Made by a program: the position numbers and the translations under genes
The notes under the pieces: model-generated
What the model saw: only the letters and a program-made list of their open reading frames with translations
What the model was told of the DNA's origin: nothing
The model's database searches: none
Source: Leptolyngbyaceae cyanobacterium RM1_1_2
GTDB lineage: Bacteria; Cyanobacteriota; Cyanobacteriia; Phormidesmidales; Phormidesmidaceae
NCBI GenBank assembly: GCA_012032345.1
Contig: JAAUQI010000008.1
Location: 36,291 to 60,290, forward strand
Reading direction: 5' to 3'
Length of the DNA stretch: 24,000 bases
Shown: positions 23,307 through 24,000 of the stretch, one piece after another
Position numbering within the stretch: the stretch's first letter is position 1
Layout of the letters: the number at the start of each line of letters is the position of its first letter

Positions 23307-24000
23307 ATGTCGCCTGCGGTTAAGATTCAAGACCTTCAAAAGCGCTATGGCTCCCTCGTAGCGGTCAAGAACGTCTCTTTGACCATTGAGTCAGGGGAGA
23401 TCTTTGGGCTTTTAGGCCCCAACGGTGCGGGCAAAACCACTACTATCCGCTGTCTCTGCACGTTGACTAAGCCTGATGCTGGCGTCTTGGAGGTAAACGG
23501 CACTTCGGTTTTAGAGCGACCTCGTCTAGCCCGTCAGTATCTAGGCTATATCGCTCAAGAGGTGGCTCTAGATAAGGTGCTGACCGGGCGAGAGCTGCTG
23601 CAGCTACAGGCGGCACTTTATCACATGCCAGCCAAGGTTGCAAAAGCCCGTATCGCTCAGATGCTATCGCTGCTGGAGATTGAAGCCTACGCCGACCAAA
23701 AAACAGGCACCTATTCGGGAGGTTTGCGGAAGCGACTGGATCTAGCGGCTGGCCTGCTGCATCAGCCAGATGTACTAGTGCTAGACGAACCTACCGCAGG
23801 ACTTGATATTGAAAGCCGCTCTGCCGTGTGGCAGTTTTTGCGGCAGCTTAGAGCTGCGGGCACGACCGTGCTGATTACTAGTCACTATCTCGAAGAAATA
23901 GACGCCCTAGCCGACCGCGTAGCCATTATCGATCGCGGTGAAGTCATTGCCACAGGTACTCCCAGCGATCTGAAGAATAAAGTTGGCGGCGATCGCATTA
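23307..24000 (+). CDS. ABC transporter ATP-binding protein (ABC-2/DrrA-like), 3' end beyond the window
   Basis: Not in the track because the window ends before a stop. Hand translation from ATG 23307 gives MSPAVKIQDLQKRYGSLVAVKNVSLTIESGEIFGLLGPNGAGKTTTIRCL.. (Walker A). It also has YSGGLRKRLDLA (ABC signature) and VLVLDEPTAGLD (Walker B). Confidence 0.9.
   Translation, partial: MSPAVKIQDLQKRYGSLVAVKNVSLTIESGEIFGLLGPNGAGKTTTIRCLCTLTKPDAGVLEVNGTSVLERPRLARQYLGYIAQEVALDKVLTGRELLQLQAALYHMPAKVAKARIAQMLSLLEIEAYADQKTGTYSGGLRKRLDLAAGLLHQPDVLVLDEPTAGLDIESRSAVWQFLRQLRAAGTTVLITSHYLEEIDALADRVAIIDRGEVIATGTPSDLKNKVGGDRI

Noticed and set aside
1-24000. Search for tRNA/rRNA genes, CRISPR arrays, IS elements, integrases, toxin-antitoxin or defence genes
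   Set aside because: I saw no T-loop (GGTTCGAATCC-like) or cloverleaf candidates, no regularly spaced direct repeats, and no transposase, integrase or nuclease-like ORFs. All large ORFs are accounted for by housekeeping or bioenergetic functions or the hypothetical proteins listed.

Overview
This is a cyanobacterial chromosomal window. I counted about 29 copies of the HIP1 palindrome GCGATCGC by eye in 24 kb, and the gene content is photosynthetic. It is mostly core bioenergetic genome, not an accessory island. From about 8.9 to 23.2 kb it packs psaI, psbEFLJ (cytochrome b559, PsbL, PsbJ), ycf48, rubA, ndhCKJ, ctaCDE (aa3 cytochrome oxidase) and ctaA/ctaB (heme A/O synthesis). Four of these genes (psaI, psbF, psbL, psbJ) are under 60 aa and missing from the ORF track; I translated them by hand. 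The left third holds housekeeping genes: a degenerate MBL-fold protein, an M50 site-2 protease and thrC. It also holds an uncharacterised same-strand cluster (4553-8709): a PilP-like protein, a zinc-ribbon membrane protein and a very acidic split ORF pair. The best-supported oddities are: (1) ctaC is broken by a frameshift that leaves the CuA-binding loop in a frame with no usable start; (2) ORFs 6422-6907 and 7009-8709 look like one gene interrupted near a (AGAGAC)5 microsatellite; (3) a decayed gene remnant containing a perfect 12-bp inverted repeat lies downstream of ndhJ; (4) a 673-aa FAD-dependent oxidoreductase and two small unknown proteins sit between the NDH-1 and oxidase operons. I found no tRNA, rRNA, CRISPR array, transposase or integrase. 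No defence-type or mobile novel system is evident; the uncharacterised cluster is the only candidate, and its function is inference only.
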